Shown here piece after piece: positions 9,330 through 19,700 of a stretch of DNA of 64,000 bases (position 1 is the first letter of the stretch; each line of letters starts with the position of its first letter). The notes beneath the pieces were generated by a model. It did not search any database. It saw nothing but the letters and a program-made list of their open reading frames with translations, and was not told the DNA's origin. The stretch is from an uncultured Planctomycetales bacterium (GTDB lineage: Bacteria; Omnitrophota; Gorgyraeia; Zapsychrales; JANLHA01): contig CAYJXI010000007.1 of NCBI GenBank assembly GCA_964374105.1, positions 13,096-77,095 on the forward strand, written 5' to 3'. A program made the position numbers and the translations under genes.

Positions 9330-10856
9330 ATGAAACTATTCAATTCTATAAAATTTAAAATCAGTGTTTTTTATACCCTGGTCTTTGGTTTGATCATTGT
9401 CATCCACAGTGGGATATTGTATTTTAGTCTTTATCGTCAGCTCTATCATGAGTTGGATCGGGAATTGAAAGTCAAAGCCCAAGAAATAACCCGTACGATA
9501 GATCTGTATCTTAATAAATTGTCACGGGATTCGAGTGTATTCCCTTTTGTGGTGAAACGGGTCATCACTTTTGAAGGCAATCATGCGCAGCAAGAAGAGA
9601 TTAAATATTGGGAAAAAATATGGCGACAGAAAGTCGACAAATTGGGCTTAAGTCAAAACTACCTCAATTTTGTTACTCCCCGAGGACAGACCTTAGGCCG
9701 ATCTAAAAATCTTAATAATGAAATACTGGCGGTTTTTCTTAAAATTTTACCGCTTAAGCAGGAACCGAACATAACATATGCGGATATTGAGTTTGAAAAT
9801 CGGATATTACGAGTCATCAATTCCCCTTTCCTTTATAATGACCGGCTTTATTTTTTGCAAATTGGATCCTCACAGAAACCCATCTTAGAATTATTACACA
9901 ATAAACTTAAAGTGATGGCCATCAGTATTCCTGTCATTATCTTCATCACCAGCTTATTCGCTTGGTTTCTTGTTTCTAAAATGTTAGATCCCGTTGCCGA
10001 ATTGACAAAAATTGCCAAAAGAATCTCGCACGAAGATTTAAGCACGGTGATCACGGCCAAACATGTGGATGAAGAAATGAAGGATTTGGTTGTGGCCTTT
10101 AATGATATGGTGATTCGCCTGCAGAAATCGTTTAAACATATCATGGATTTCAGCTCCCAGGTGGCCCATGAATTAAGAACACCCCTAGCGATCATGCGGG
10201 GGGAATCCGAATTGGCCTTGCGTAAAGAAAGGGATCAGGAAGAATATGAGAGGGTTCTCAAAGTCAATTTAGAAGAAATTCAGCGTATGATGAAAACGAT
10301 TGATGATTTATTGCTGTTAACCAAGCTGGACTACCGGCCAGAAATTTTCAAATTTCAAGAGATAGATTTTATTCTCTTTTTTAAAGAAATGGCCGAACAA
10401 TGCAAATTACTTGCCGCTCAAAAAGGGATTGCTATTGAACTCAAACTTCCTACCGAATCGTTAAAGATCAAGGCCGATGAACTGCACTTAAGGCGTTTGT
10501 TTTTTAATATTTTGGATAATGCCATTAAATTTACGGATAAAGGCGGTCAAATTAAACTCTGTGTGGATCAACAGGACAAAGAAATTCATATCTCCATTTC
10601 CGATACGGGCCTGGGAATCCCGCCAGGCGATCTTCCCAAAATTTTTGAAAGATTTTATCATGGCAGTTGCCCATCTCATTTTGATAAAATTGGGAGTGGG
10701 TTAGGATTAAGTATTGCCCAATCCATTGCTAATATTCATCAGGGAGATATCAAGGTTGAGAGTCAAGTCAATGTTGGGACAACATTTAAAATTAACCTAC
10801 CTTTAAGTTCTCAAAGTGAACCTCCGATAGAACTTGTGTCTTTATCCTTAAGCTAA
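9330..10856 (+). CDS. Sensor histidine kinase (2 TM, HAMP, HisKA, HATPase_c), cognate to the 8636 regulator
   Basis: H-box HELRTPLAIMRGESELAL, N-box NILDNAIKFT, G-boxes DTGLGIP and GSGLGLSIA. Confidence 0.85.
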   Translation: MKLFNSIKFKISVFYTLVFGLIIVIHSGILYFSLYRQLYHELDRELKVKAQEITRTIDLYLNKLSRDSSVFPFVVKRVITFEGNHAQQEEIKYWEKIWRQKVDKLGLSQNYLNFVTPRGQTLGRSKNLNNEILAVFLKILPLKQEPNITYADIEFENRILRVINSPFLYNDRLYFLQIGSSQKPILELLHNKLKVMAISIPVIIFITSLFAWFLVSKMLDPVAELTKIAKRISHEDLSTVITAKHVDEEMKDLVVAFNDMVIRLQKSFKHIMDFSSQVAHELRTPLAIMRGESELALRKERDQEEYERVLKVNLEEIQRMMKTIDDLLLLTKLDYRPEIFKFQEIDFILFFKEMAEQCKLLAAQKGIAIELKLPTESLKIKADELHLRRLFFNILDNAIKFTDKGGQIKLCVDQQDKEIHISISDTGLGIPPGDLPKIFERFYHGSCPSHFDKIGSGLGLSIAQSIANIHQGDIKVESQVNVGTTFKINLPLSSQSEPPIELVSLSLS

Positions 10857-10994
10857 AGAGACCTCATCTTTTTAGAGGGAAGGCCAATCACAACCTTTCG
10901 AGGTTCTTTATAGTTCCTCATTAAATTTTACATTCCTCTCAGGTTAAAAATTTTTAATATTATTTTAATTTTAATTTAATTCATAGATTATAAA

Positions 10995-11170
10995 CTATGT
11001 CTAGTGCATTGTCAGATAAATTTTCTGACAATGCACGCAGGGGGACTGGGGGAAAGCCTTTCCCCCAGGTTTGGGGGGTGCTTAAGCGAGCGAAGCGAGC
11101 GCCGAAGGGGGGCTTGCCCCCCTAGCGGAAGTGCGGAGTCAGTATAAAAATTTATCTGACGGAGCACTAG
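10995..11170. repeat. Structured GC-rich element bounded by about 20-bp terminal inverted repeats (MITE-like or ncRNA)
   Basis: 5' ctagtgcattgtcagataaa pairs with 3' tttatctgacggagcactag. Internal perfect hairpins are ctgggggaaagcctttcccccag and ggggggcttgcccccc, plus a gcgagcgaagcgagcgc motif. Confidence 0.35.
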
Positions 11171-11276
11171 TAAAACGTTTCATGACAAGTAAAAAGCGCA
11201 AGGAAGTGGTAAAAGGAGAGCCGAATTTTATCATTAATTCAACCCTTGATCAATCTTTAACAAAGGAGAAGAGGAA

Positions 11277-11735
11277 ATGAAAAACAAAGGGTTAATTTTG
11301 AGTTTTTGGGTTGGTCTCATCGTATTAGGGTTTCTCACCCCGGTCTTTGCCCAACCCGAGGCCGCACCGGCTGCTGGCGATGAACCAACTGCCGCGGAAG
11401 GAACGGAAACGGCTGCAGAAGAGGAAACGATGCAATATGCTTATGGGACAGTCGTCTCAGCGGCCGCAGATCAGTTGACCATCAAGGAATATGACTATGA
11501 TGCTGATCAAGAAGTAGAGGTTGTCTACAAGGTTGAGAATCCTAAATTGCTTAATGTCAATTCCCTTCAGGAGTTAGCCGTGGGCGATAGTGTGGAAATT
11601 TTCTTTGAAGAAAAAGATGGGAATAAGATAGCGGTGCAGATCGTAAAAGAGACATTGGAAGAAGAAGAGGCAGACATTGAGGAGGAAGAAGGCGTGGAAG
11701 CAGTTGAACCGGAGGCTCCTGCAACGACAGAGTAA
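11277..11735 (+). CDS. Secreted acidic hypothetical protein
   Basis: Signal peptide ...PVFAQ followed by an Ala/Glu/Thr-rich low-complexity N-terminus and a Glu-rich C-terminus. Good RBS (aaggagaagagg). Confidence 0.5.
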   Translation: MKNKGLILSFWVGLIVLGFLTPVFAQPEAAPAAGDEPTAAEGTETAAEEETMQYAYGTVVSAAADQLTIKEYDYDADQEVEVVYKVENPKLLNVNSLQELAVGDSVEIFFEEKDGNKIAVQIVKETLEEEEADIEEEEGVEAVEPEAPATTE

Positions 11736-11763
11736 TTTAAGATAATAAGTTCATCCTAGTTTA

Positions 11764-11822
11764 AAGGGGACAGTTCCTTGATTAGAGAAAAGGGGCTGTC
11801 CCCTTTTTCTTTTTGTTGTATA
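11764..11822 (+). terminator. Rho-independent terminator (GACAG-core hairpin family)
   Basis: aggggacag ... ctgtcccct stem followed by tttttctttttg. Confidence 0.5.
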
Positions 11823-11888
11823 ATGGGGGGCAAAAATCAAATAGGGAACTGTTCCCACCTCCAATGGGAAAAAGCCTCAAATTGCGCT

Positions 11889-12080
11889 ATGATCAAGAAT
11901 AAATACCTTATGATGTTGGTGAGCTTATTCTCCATCATTATTCTTCTTCAAAACACTCAGGTGACGACCTTCCAGATCCTTTTCTGGAAGGTGAGTATGT
12001 CCAGGATCTTATTTCTGATTTTGGTTTTGTCATTGGGATTTGTATTAGGGTATTTGTTCGGGTCTCAAAGACATCGTTAA
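11889..12080 (+). CDS. LapA/DUF1049-family small inner-membrane protein
   Basis: Two TM segments with NTQVTTFQILFWKVSMS...LGFVLGYLFG resembling the LapA domain. Start taken at ATG 11889 (MIKNKY). Confidence 0.4.
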   Translation: MIKNKYLMMLVSLFSIIILLQNTQVTTFQILFWKVSMSRILFLILVLSLGFVLGYLFGSQRHR

Positions 12081-12092
12081 AATTTTTGTGAG

Positions 12093-13169
12093 ATGAAACC
12101 CAAAACTCCTAAGCTATATAAAAGTGCCTCCCTCAAGGCGGGCCTTCCTCCCGGAACACTGGTTCACATCGGTGAGAAGAAATTAGCGAAAACTGTCATT
12201 AGTGTTTTTGAATACGATCAAGATCAATATCGAGAAAGGCAAGTACAAACAATTGAAGAAAGCTTTCCGGTCAAGGATCGGACCAGCGTTACGTGGGTCA
12301 ATATTGACGGACTTGAACAAATTGATGTCATCGAAAAGATAGATGCGCATTTCGGAATTCATCCGTTGGTGTTAGAGGACATCGTCAGTACCGAACAGCT
12401 ACCCAAACTGGAGGATTACGAAGACTATCTTTTTGTCGTTTTAAAGATGTTTTATCTGGATGATAGAAAGAAAGAAATTAAAATTGAACAAATCAGCATT
12501 ATCCTCGGCCTCAATTATGTGATTTCTTTCCAAGAAACACCAGGGGATATTTTTGATCCCATTCGGGAAAGGATAAGAAATGATAAAGGCCGCATTAGAA
12601 AAATGGGAGCCGATTATCTGGCCTATTGTTTGCTGGATTCGATTGTTGATCATTATTTTATTGTCTTTGAGCACCTGGGAGGGATCCTGGATCATCTTGA
12701 GGAACAACTGCTGAAAAACCCATCGGTGGCGATGGCCCAAGAACTGCATTACCTTAAACGCGAAATGATTTATTTACGGAGATACATCTGGCCGGTCAGA
12801 GAGTTAGTCACCGGGCTTTTAAGGACTGAATCAAAGTTGATCAAGAAAACCACAAATATTTATTTACGCGATTTGTACGATCATTCCATCCAGGTTATGA
12901 ATTCCATTGATTCCTACCGAGATCTCTTGGCAGGGATGCACGATATTTATCTCTCTAGCCTCAGCCAAAAGATCAATGAGGTCATGAAGGTCTTAACGAT
13001 TATCTCCGCCGTTTTTAGTCCCATTACCTTTATTGTTGGCGTTTACGGAATGAACTTTAAATACATGCCGGAATTAGAGTATCCATGGGGGTATTTTATT
13101 GTCTTAGGTGTGATGTGGTTGATCAGTTTATCGATGTTGATGTATTTCAAGATAAAGAAGTGGTTGTAA
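12093..13169 (+). CDS. corA: Magnesium/cobalt transporter CorA
   Basis: 358 aa with the C-terminal YGMNFKYMPE (GMN motif) followed by a TM2 acidic end. Typical CorA architecture. Confidence 0.9.
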   Translation: MKPKTPKLYKSASLKAGLPPGTLVHIGEKKLAKTVISVFEYDQDQYRERQVQTIEESFPVKDRTSVTWVNIDGLEQIDVIEKIDAHFGIHPLVLEDIVSTEQLPKLEDYEDYLFVVLKMFYLDDRKKEIKIEQISIILGLNYVISFQETPGDIFDPIRERIRNDKGRIRKMGADYLAYCLLDSIVDHYFIVFEHLGGILDHLEEQLLKNPSVAMAQELHYLKREMIYLRRYIWPVRELVTGLLRTESKLIKKTTNIYLRDLYDHSIQVMNSIDSYRDLLAGMHDIYLSSLSQKINEVMKVLTIISAVFSPITFIVGVYGMNFKYMPELEYPWGYFIVLGVMWLISLSMLMYFKIKKWL

Positions 13170-13261
13170 TTGCCGTCTAAAGAGCAGGGATAGGGCATGC
13201 CCGTCTTGTTTCGCATCGAAAAGAGTGGCCTGCTCTTTTCTTCAAAGATATCCTGATTTAA

Positions 13262-13292
13262 GAAAAGTGGCCACGTGGCCACTTTTCTCTTG
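13262..13292 (+). terminator. Terminator-like perfect palindrome gaaaagtggccacgtggccacttttc followed by a T-rich tract
   Basis: 26-nt perfect inverted repeat with tctcttgg after it, about 90 nt downstream of the corA stop. Confidence 0.45.
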
Positions 13293-13775
13293 GAGGTGTG
13301 CCGAGCATGAACAGTGGTTAGAGAGGGTGAGTTCAGAACATCGTATACCCATAACAGGATTACGCCTTTTGATTATGGTTACGAGATCCGTTTCGGTCAA
13401 GGTTACGTTATTCGCTTCTTCTCAACGACAAACGTCACCGAAAGCCGATACGGTTATCGTCTCCGTAACCGAAGGATGTAAGACAGAGTGTCGTTACCAG
13501 AGTAAACGATGTCTTGATATTTGACATGTAGTTGAGGGGTCGGAGAGTTTCCGACCCCTCATGACCCCTCGGGTAAGGTAGCTTAAAAACTCCCCGAGTG
13601 GTCATGTAGTTAGAAGAGTCAATCAACAAAGAAGTGATTTTTGTTGCCTTCTCTACCCTGTGCCCTCTCAAGAAATGTGGTTTACGACCCCCACCTTGTT
13701 AATTGCTGCAAATAATTTTATACTTTTATTAAGATAAATCTTAAAATTCATCCTTATAATTTTCAAATAAAACAA

Positions 13776-16700
13776 GTGATGTTCCAAACAAAAGTTTCTA
13801 GATTGTTTTTGAAGGTCACAGCCCTTCTTGTTATTTTCTCAATGGTTGTGACATCGAATCTTTTATTTCTGGGAGAAAGGGCCTATGCCCAAGTCATTAA
13901 CCTAGGATCCAGTGGGCTTACTCTTCCCTCTCCCGGCAGTCTTGTCTCGTTGAGTGCTGGGTTTCAACCGGTTGTCCTGAAAGGTATTAAAGTATATCCG
14001 CAGAATCCATTCCATTTTGACTTTATTGTTGATACCGGCGACAGCAAACTTAAAGAAGACCAGTTAAAGCAGGAGTCGACCAGACTGATTAAATATTTTC
14101 TGGCCTCCTTGACTGTTCCAGAAGATCAGATGTGGGTGAATTTATCCCCTTATGAAAAGGAACGGATCATCCCGGAAAGCTTTGGTGTCACCGAGATGGG
14201 ACGGGATATGTTACTGCAGGATTATCTCTTAAAGCAGTTAACTGCCTCGTTGATTTACCCGGAGCATGATTTGGGGAAGGCCTTTTGGGAGAAGATCTAT
14301 CAGAAGGCCTATGAGCAGTACGGGACAACAAATATTCCGGTCAATACCTTCAACAAGGTGTGGATTCTACCAGAGCGGGCAGTTGTCTATGAACACGAAG
14401 GGATGGCCTTTGTGGGGGAATCCCGCTTGAAGGTGATGCTGGATCATGATTATCAGGCTTTAAGAAGTCAACTGCTAAAGGATCAAGGTGCCACGGATCC
14501 CTCGCTTAAGGCTAAGGAGGTTAATGATCTTTCCGGCTCAATAGTCAAGGATTTGATCGTTCCGGCGATTGAAAAAGAGGTCAACGAAGGGGAAAACTTT
14601 GCCAATTTGCGGCAGATCTATCATTCGCTAATTTTGGCGGCTTGGTATAAGCGGACTTTGAAGGAGAGTCTTCTAGGTCAACAGTATGTTGATCAAAATA
14701 AGGTCAAAGGCATTGACCTTGAAGATAAAGAGATCAAGCAAAAGATCTATGAGCAATATCTTAAGGTGTTTAAGAAAGGGGTTTACAACTATATCCGGGA
14801 GGATTACGATCCCTACACCCAAGAATCCATCCCTCGCAAGTATTTCTCAGGAGGGATTGAGTGGAAGATCAATGAAGATTTACAAGTCACTAATGTGAGG
14901 GAAAAGAAAACATTCACAAGGCTCTTTCAAGGAGTTGTGGCGGGTGTGGTCATGCTGGCGAGTGTGGCCTTAAGAAGTCCTGCCTATGCTCAAGACAATA
15001 CCATATCACCTCTTCCCCAACCTCCAGCCCCTGGCCTATTAGAAAATGAGGAAAAGCCTATCGAAAAAGAAGCCCCCAATCAAGGTGTGGTCATTAAAAA
15101 CTTGGACTCAATCGCTAAAGAAGGCCCTCTTGATGAGAAAGATTTTAAAGATGGCTTTGACTTGAGGGATGCTTTAAACGCTATCTATCAATCGGATGAA
15201 GCTGATGAGTTTAAACAGAAGGTTGTCTCAGCCAAAATATTTTCAAGGCTTTTTAATGTTTATTATGAAAATCTGATGGATGAGAAGAAGGCTGATCGTT
15301 TAAAAGTGCGTGCAGTTCACTTAGCTGAAATTGTTGGTACTATTTTAAGGCATCAGCAAAATGAGATTGAAGAAGAAATTCTTGAGAACGATATTATCGG
15401 GAAAATTCGCAATATTTATCACGCGGAGGTTGTCAATCGCAAACTGCTCTTTGAGTTAGCAAGAACCGGCCCTTCTTCTCATGAGGAGGGTTCCTCCCTG
15501 AAACAACCCAATCGAAGCTATTTCAATTGGGTGTGGCAAGAAAAAATCCAGGAACATATTGATGAAGGAAGGTTCCCCAATATTCAACAAAAGTTTGGCC
15601 CGCAAGTACCATCTTTAAGAGATCAAATGAGATTTTATAATGGAGGGGCATTTGAGCTGACCAAGGCCGTTGTTAAATTAGGCCAATCAAAAAATCAAAG
15701 AGTAATAAAGGAGATCAAAAAGGCGGGATTAATCAAATCCCTTTTTCATTACGCAACCCTTCCTTCTCCTGTTAATGGTTATGTCTCTGCCACTACCGAG
15801 ACCATGTTGGGTCTAGCCGAAATCATCGAAGCCCAGCCAGGGTTTTTCTTAGAAGAACTCAATGAGATCGATGAGGTCCTTGGCCAGAGCATAGTAGATT
15901 TTATCAAAGACAACCTTGGGAAAGAACACGCTGCCCCTTATCAAAGATTAACAGATTCTAAAGCATCACCAAGTTATGAAAAAGCCTTTAGAAAGATTAA
16001 AGAAGCTACCACAGATGCAACCTCATTCATTGATGAGGCGGATTTCTCGATAAAAGTTTCCCAAGAAGTCTTAGAAACTTTAAGAAAGACATCCAGTGGG
16101 CAAGATGAGAACGGTTATTTTCTTTTTGTGAATAAAGGAACTGGTGTCATTGAGAAAGTAACGAATAGGTATGTTCATTCAAACAGGACGAATTTTTACG
16201 TTAACGAAGGTTTTCTTCATTACGCCAATGAGCTTGCCAAAAAACATGGGTATCTTTTGATCGGAGATTTTCATGCCCATCCGGATACCTTTATTAACCT
16301 TAAAGAGATGCCAGAAGAAGGATTCAAAGATGATGGCAGGGCCTATGATTTGTTAAGTCGGGGAGATTCCGTTTCGGGTCAGGTAAGGACTAAGCAACTG
16401 AATTTTTTGGGTGTGGGTTTCGATGGGAACTTTGAGGTTTTAGTCTATTTGCCCCTTTTTGAAAAAACACTGGGTGTGGGGCATGCTTATCTTAAGAGAA
16501 AAGATGAATTTCTAGACAAAGGTGTTTTTCCGGCTAGATCGCGGGTCATCAAAAATAGAAGTCAAGAGCTCGTGAGATTAAAATTAAAGGTCGTTGATTC
16601 AACAGTTCCGAGTGACCTAGATATCTTGGATCAATATCCCCCTTTCATCAAACAGAGTAAAAAGGAATTGAATTCTCAAGAATATGGTGATCTCATTTAT

Positions 16701-19700
16701 AACCTTAAAAAGATTGGCCTTGCTAACATGACGATTACATCCGCTGGATTAAAGATAAAGGGACTCGAGGCAAGGTTACAAGCCTTACGCGATCGACTAC
16801 AGACAGAGGATGTTAAAAAAGAAATAGAGAACTTACAAGAAGAAATCCAAAAATTAAGAAAAGTCTCTTATGAAAAAGACCATGATCATTTTGATTTTGT
16901 AGGAGAAAAGGATCCGGGAGTCATTATTTTTGTGGAAAGACAAGATGGAATCTTTGTCATCAGCGGTTCGGTTAATGACATCGATGATTTCCAATTGTGG
17001 TACAAGGAACACGATGGTTCTATTGCTACTTTGCTATTTCGGGTTGGGACAAACTTATATACAGCACACGAGAAAGATGCAACGGAAGTTGCCAGATTTT
17101 TACAATCATGGATAAAAATGCATAAAGCAGGGATAGGGGAGGGTATCTTGCAAAAGGTATCAGCAATAGAGAATCTCCCTCGTCAAGTCGGTGCTTTGTT
17201 GCGGGAGAATCAGGTGGAGGAATTGGATAATTTTGTCTCGGAAGAATACCTTAAGTTCATCAATACTAATCAAACATTGCTTGAGGAGTTTACCAGGGGA
17301 GTCTTGGATCGGGGTGTTTCGATTGAAACATGGGAACTTCTTCAAAAGAAAGGTGGCCCGTGGGGAAAAATTGCTAATAGTGTCTTAAAGAAATTGGGTG
17401 GGGAGGCAGAAATTCTCAAGAAGACAAAGCAGATCATTGATGATGGCATCAAGGAAAAGCGAACTCCTCAAGAATTAAGGCAGAAACTTACGGAGCTTAT
17501 AAAATATAGCAGTATCTACCGAGATATGATCTCTGGAGGAGTGACTCGATTGATTGAAAAAAGAAAGGTTGAAAATGATTTTGCGTTGAGATTGTTTGTG
17601 GTTTATGTGGCTAAATATACCTATGTTTATCTTTTAGATCAGCTAGGTCTGAGGGGTGAGGAGTTTGATAACTTTTTAGAAGAGTTTTTAGACTCAACCA
17701 CCCCTTATTATGAGGATAAACTGATTTGGGATGGGACAATTGATTATAAAGAAGGACATATCAAACCAAATTTAAATGCCAAGATCCGCGGGATCGAATG
17801 GATATTTGATATAGTCATCCACGAAGCGATCCATAAGATTGTTGCCGCCGATTGGATGCGGGAATATTTAAGATTAAATTTTGGTGATGACATGCGTTGG
17901 CTGTTGGCTACAGCGTTGGGGAGATTCAATGCCGGCATTATGGAAGGGACATTTCTTGAAGCGGGATTTCAACCTCCCTTTGGAAAGGAGACTTTTGTGG
18001 ATCGCCAAAGAACACCCTTCTTAACCCATGCAAAATTTCGTCTTATCCCTGATACGATTAGAACATGGGATGAAGTTGTCAAATATATCGAAGAGAATAA
18101 AGGGGGAAAAACCTGGGGTGATGAGCCAGGCAAATCCTATATCGAAGGAGATCTCTTAGCGGTATACTCAGCCTATCATTATGGTAAGGGGGGGGGTCTT
18201 CTTATCAGACTTTACGGAACCCGATTCAAGGAATTGAATTTTGCTCAGATGGAGTTGGCGGCAGCGGTTCTAAGGAATATCTTAAAGGGTCATGAGGTAG
18301 AAGGGTCGTTTTTTGATTTGGAAGAGAAAATCATCGTTGAGGTAAGAAAATTAGATTTGAGAGATGATACGACCTACGAGACCTTAGAGGAAAAAGAAAA
18401 GGGACTGACCGAATCTTTAATAAAAGAGTTGAAAGAAGCCGGTCAAATTAAAGAAGTCAAAAAGACTTCCCAAAATATCCGTGATCGAGAGGAGACTAAA
18501 AAAGATCAGGCGATTCTGACGGATGGCTTAAATGCCCAAGGGATTGCTCAACTTGACTATGGAGCGATTGTCTCGGCTATCAAAAAAGCAGAAGAACAGC
18601 ATGTCAGTCCCCTTGATTTGGCTCGTGAGCTTTTCCAAAAAAACAATATATCATTGGATGAACAAAATCAATTAACTCTTTATACCTTCCTTGTCGTTCT
18701 TGATGCCTTAAGGAGAATCGGGATAGTTTATGAAAATCTTCAGCCCCCCACTTTGGTGGGGATGATGAGGGTGCTTCTCCCTCATTTAAAGAGCTTGGAT
18801 CCTCAAAACAAAGATCCTTTGGGGACCATCAGAAAAATTGAGGAAGGTATTAATGATAGAAATTCAAAGATCTTTCAAGAGTTTATTGAGCATATCCTTG
18901 ATGTTAAGGATTTAATCTCCCCCACGACCGGACGAAGCCGATATCCTGACCAGACCTTTTTCTTGCAAGAATTTGCCCTGCCGCGGTTGATTGCCTTTAA
19001 AAAGATGAGGAATGACCGGGTGATCCGAATCGGGAGTCTGGGTTCATCCACTGGAGAAGACTTAATGAAATTGGCTGAGACGGTTTCGATAGTCTTCCAT
19101 CAGACTGGGGAAAACTTAAACGATTGGAAAATCATTTTGGAAGCGCGGGATGTCTCAGCTAAGTCCCTCAATGTGTTTAGAGAAACAGCGCAAGCGGAAT
19201 TGACTCATCCTGTTTTTCAGATTGAAACAAAAGTGACGATTCTGGGGGATAAGGAAGATCTCAAGGAGATTTCCAATCTTTCCTATGACATCTTAGCGGT
19301 TCGAGCAGTTGGGGAATATTTAAGGCCGCAGATAAGGACACAATTAGGAGATGCTCTTCATTCCACTTTGCTTCTTTCCGATCGTCATATCATCCCCAAC
19401 AATGAATCTTATCTCTCTTTCGCTGAAGTGGGACCTTTTCAGAATGTGCACCAATCCCGAAAAGGGGATTTCCCTCTGATTCAACTTAAGCCTCAAGAAC
19501 AAGAAAAAATCAAAGAATATCAAATCAAGAAAATGATTCCTCTGATCCAATTGGAACTTAAAGAGGCCATCCCGCGTATCTTTGCAGAGGAAGGGCAGAT
19601 CAGAGAGCTCATTGAAACGTTAGCACAAGAAACAAAGGAATCTTCAGATACCATTTTCAAGTTCATTATGGATTCTGCCCGTCATGTCGATTTGGAAGAT

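Noticed and set aside
653-10195. Multiple 60-115-aa ORFs antisense to or overlapping well-supported genes (e.g. 653..853-, 926..1246-, 1021..1257-, 1748..1933-, 2450..2680-, 3523..3804-, 5198..5527-, 9848..10195-)
   Set aside because: They lie fully inside longer ORFs with clear homology, lack RBS context, and have low-complexity or Leu/Ser-rich composition typical of antisense frames in AT-rich DNA.
16264-16290. DFHAHPD in the giant protein as a possible JAMM/MPN metalloprotease motif
   Set aside because: The JAMM signature requires H-x-H-x7-S-x2-D. Here the residues after HAHP are DTFINLKEMPEE, with no Ser/Asp at the required spacing.
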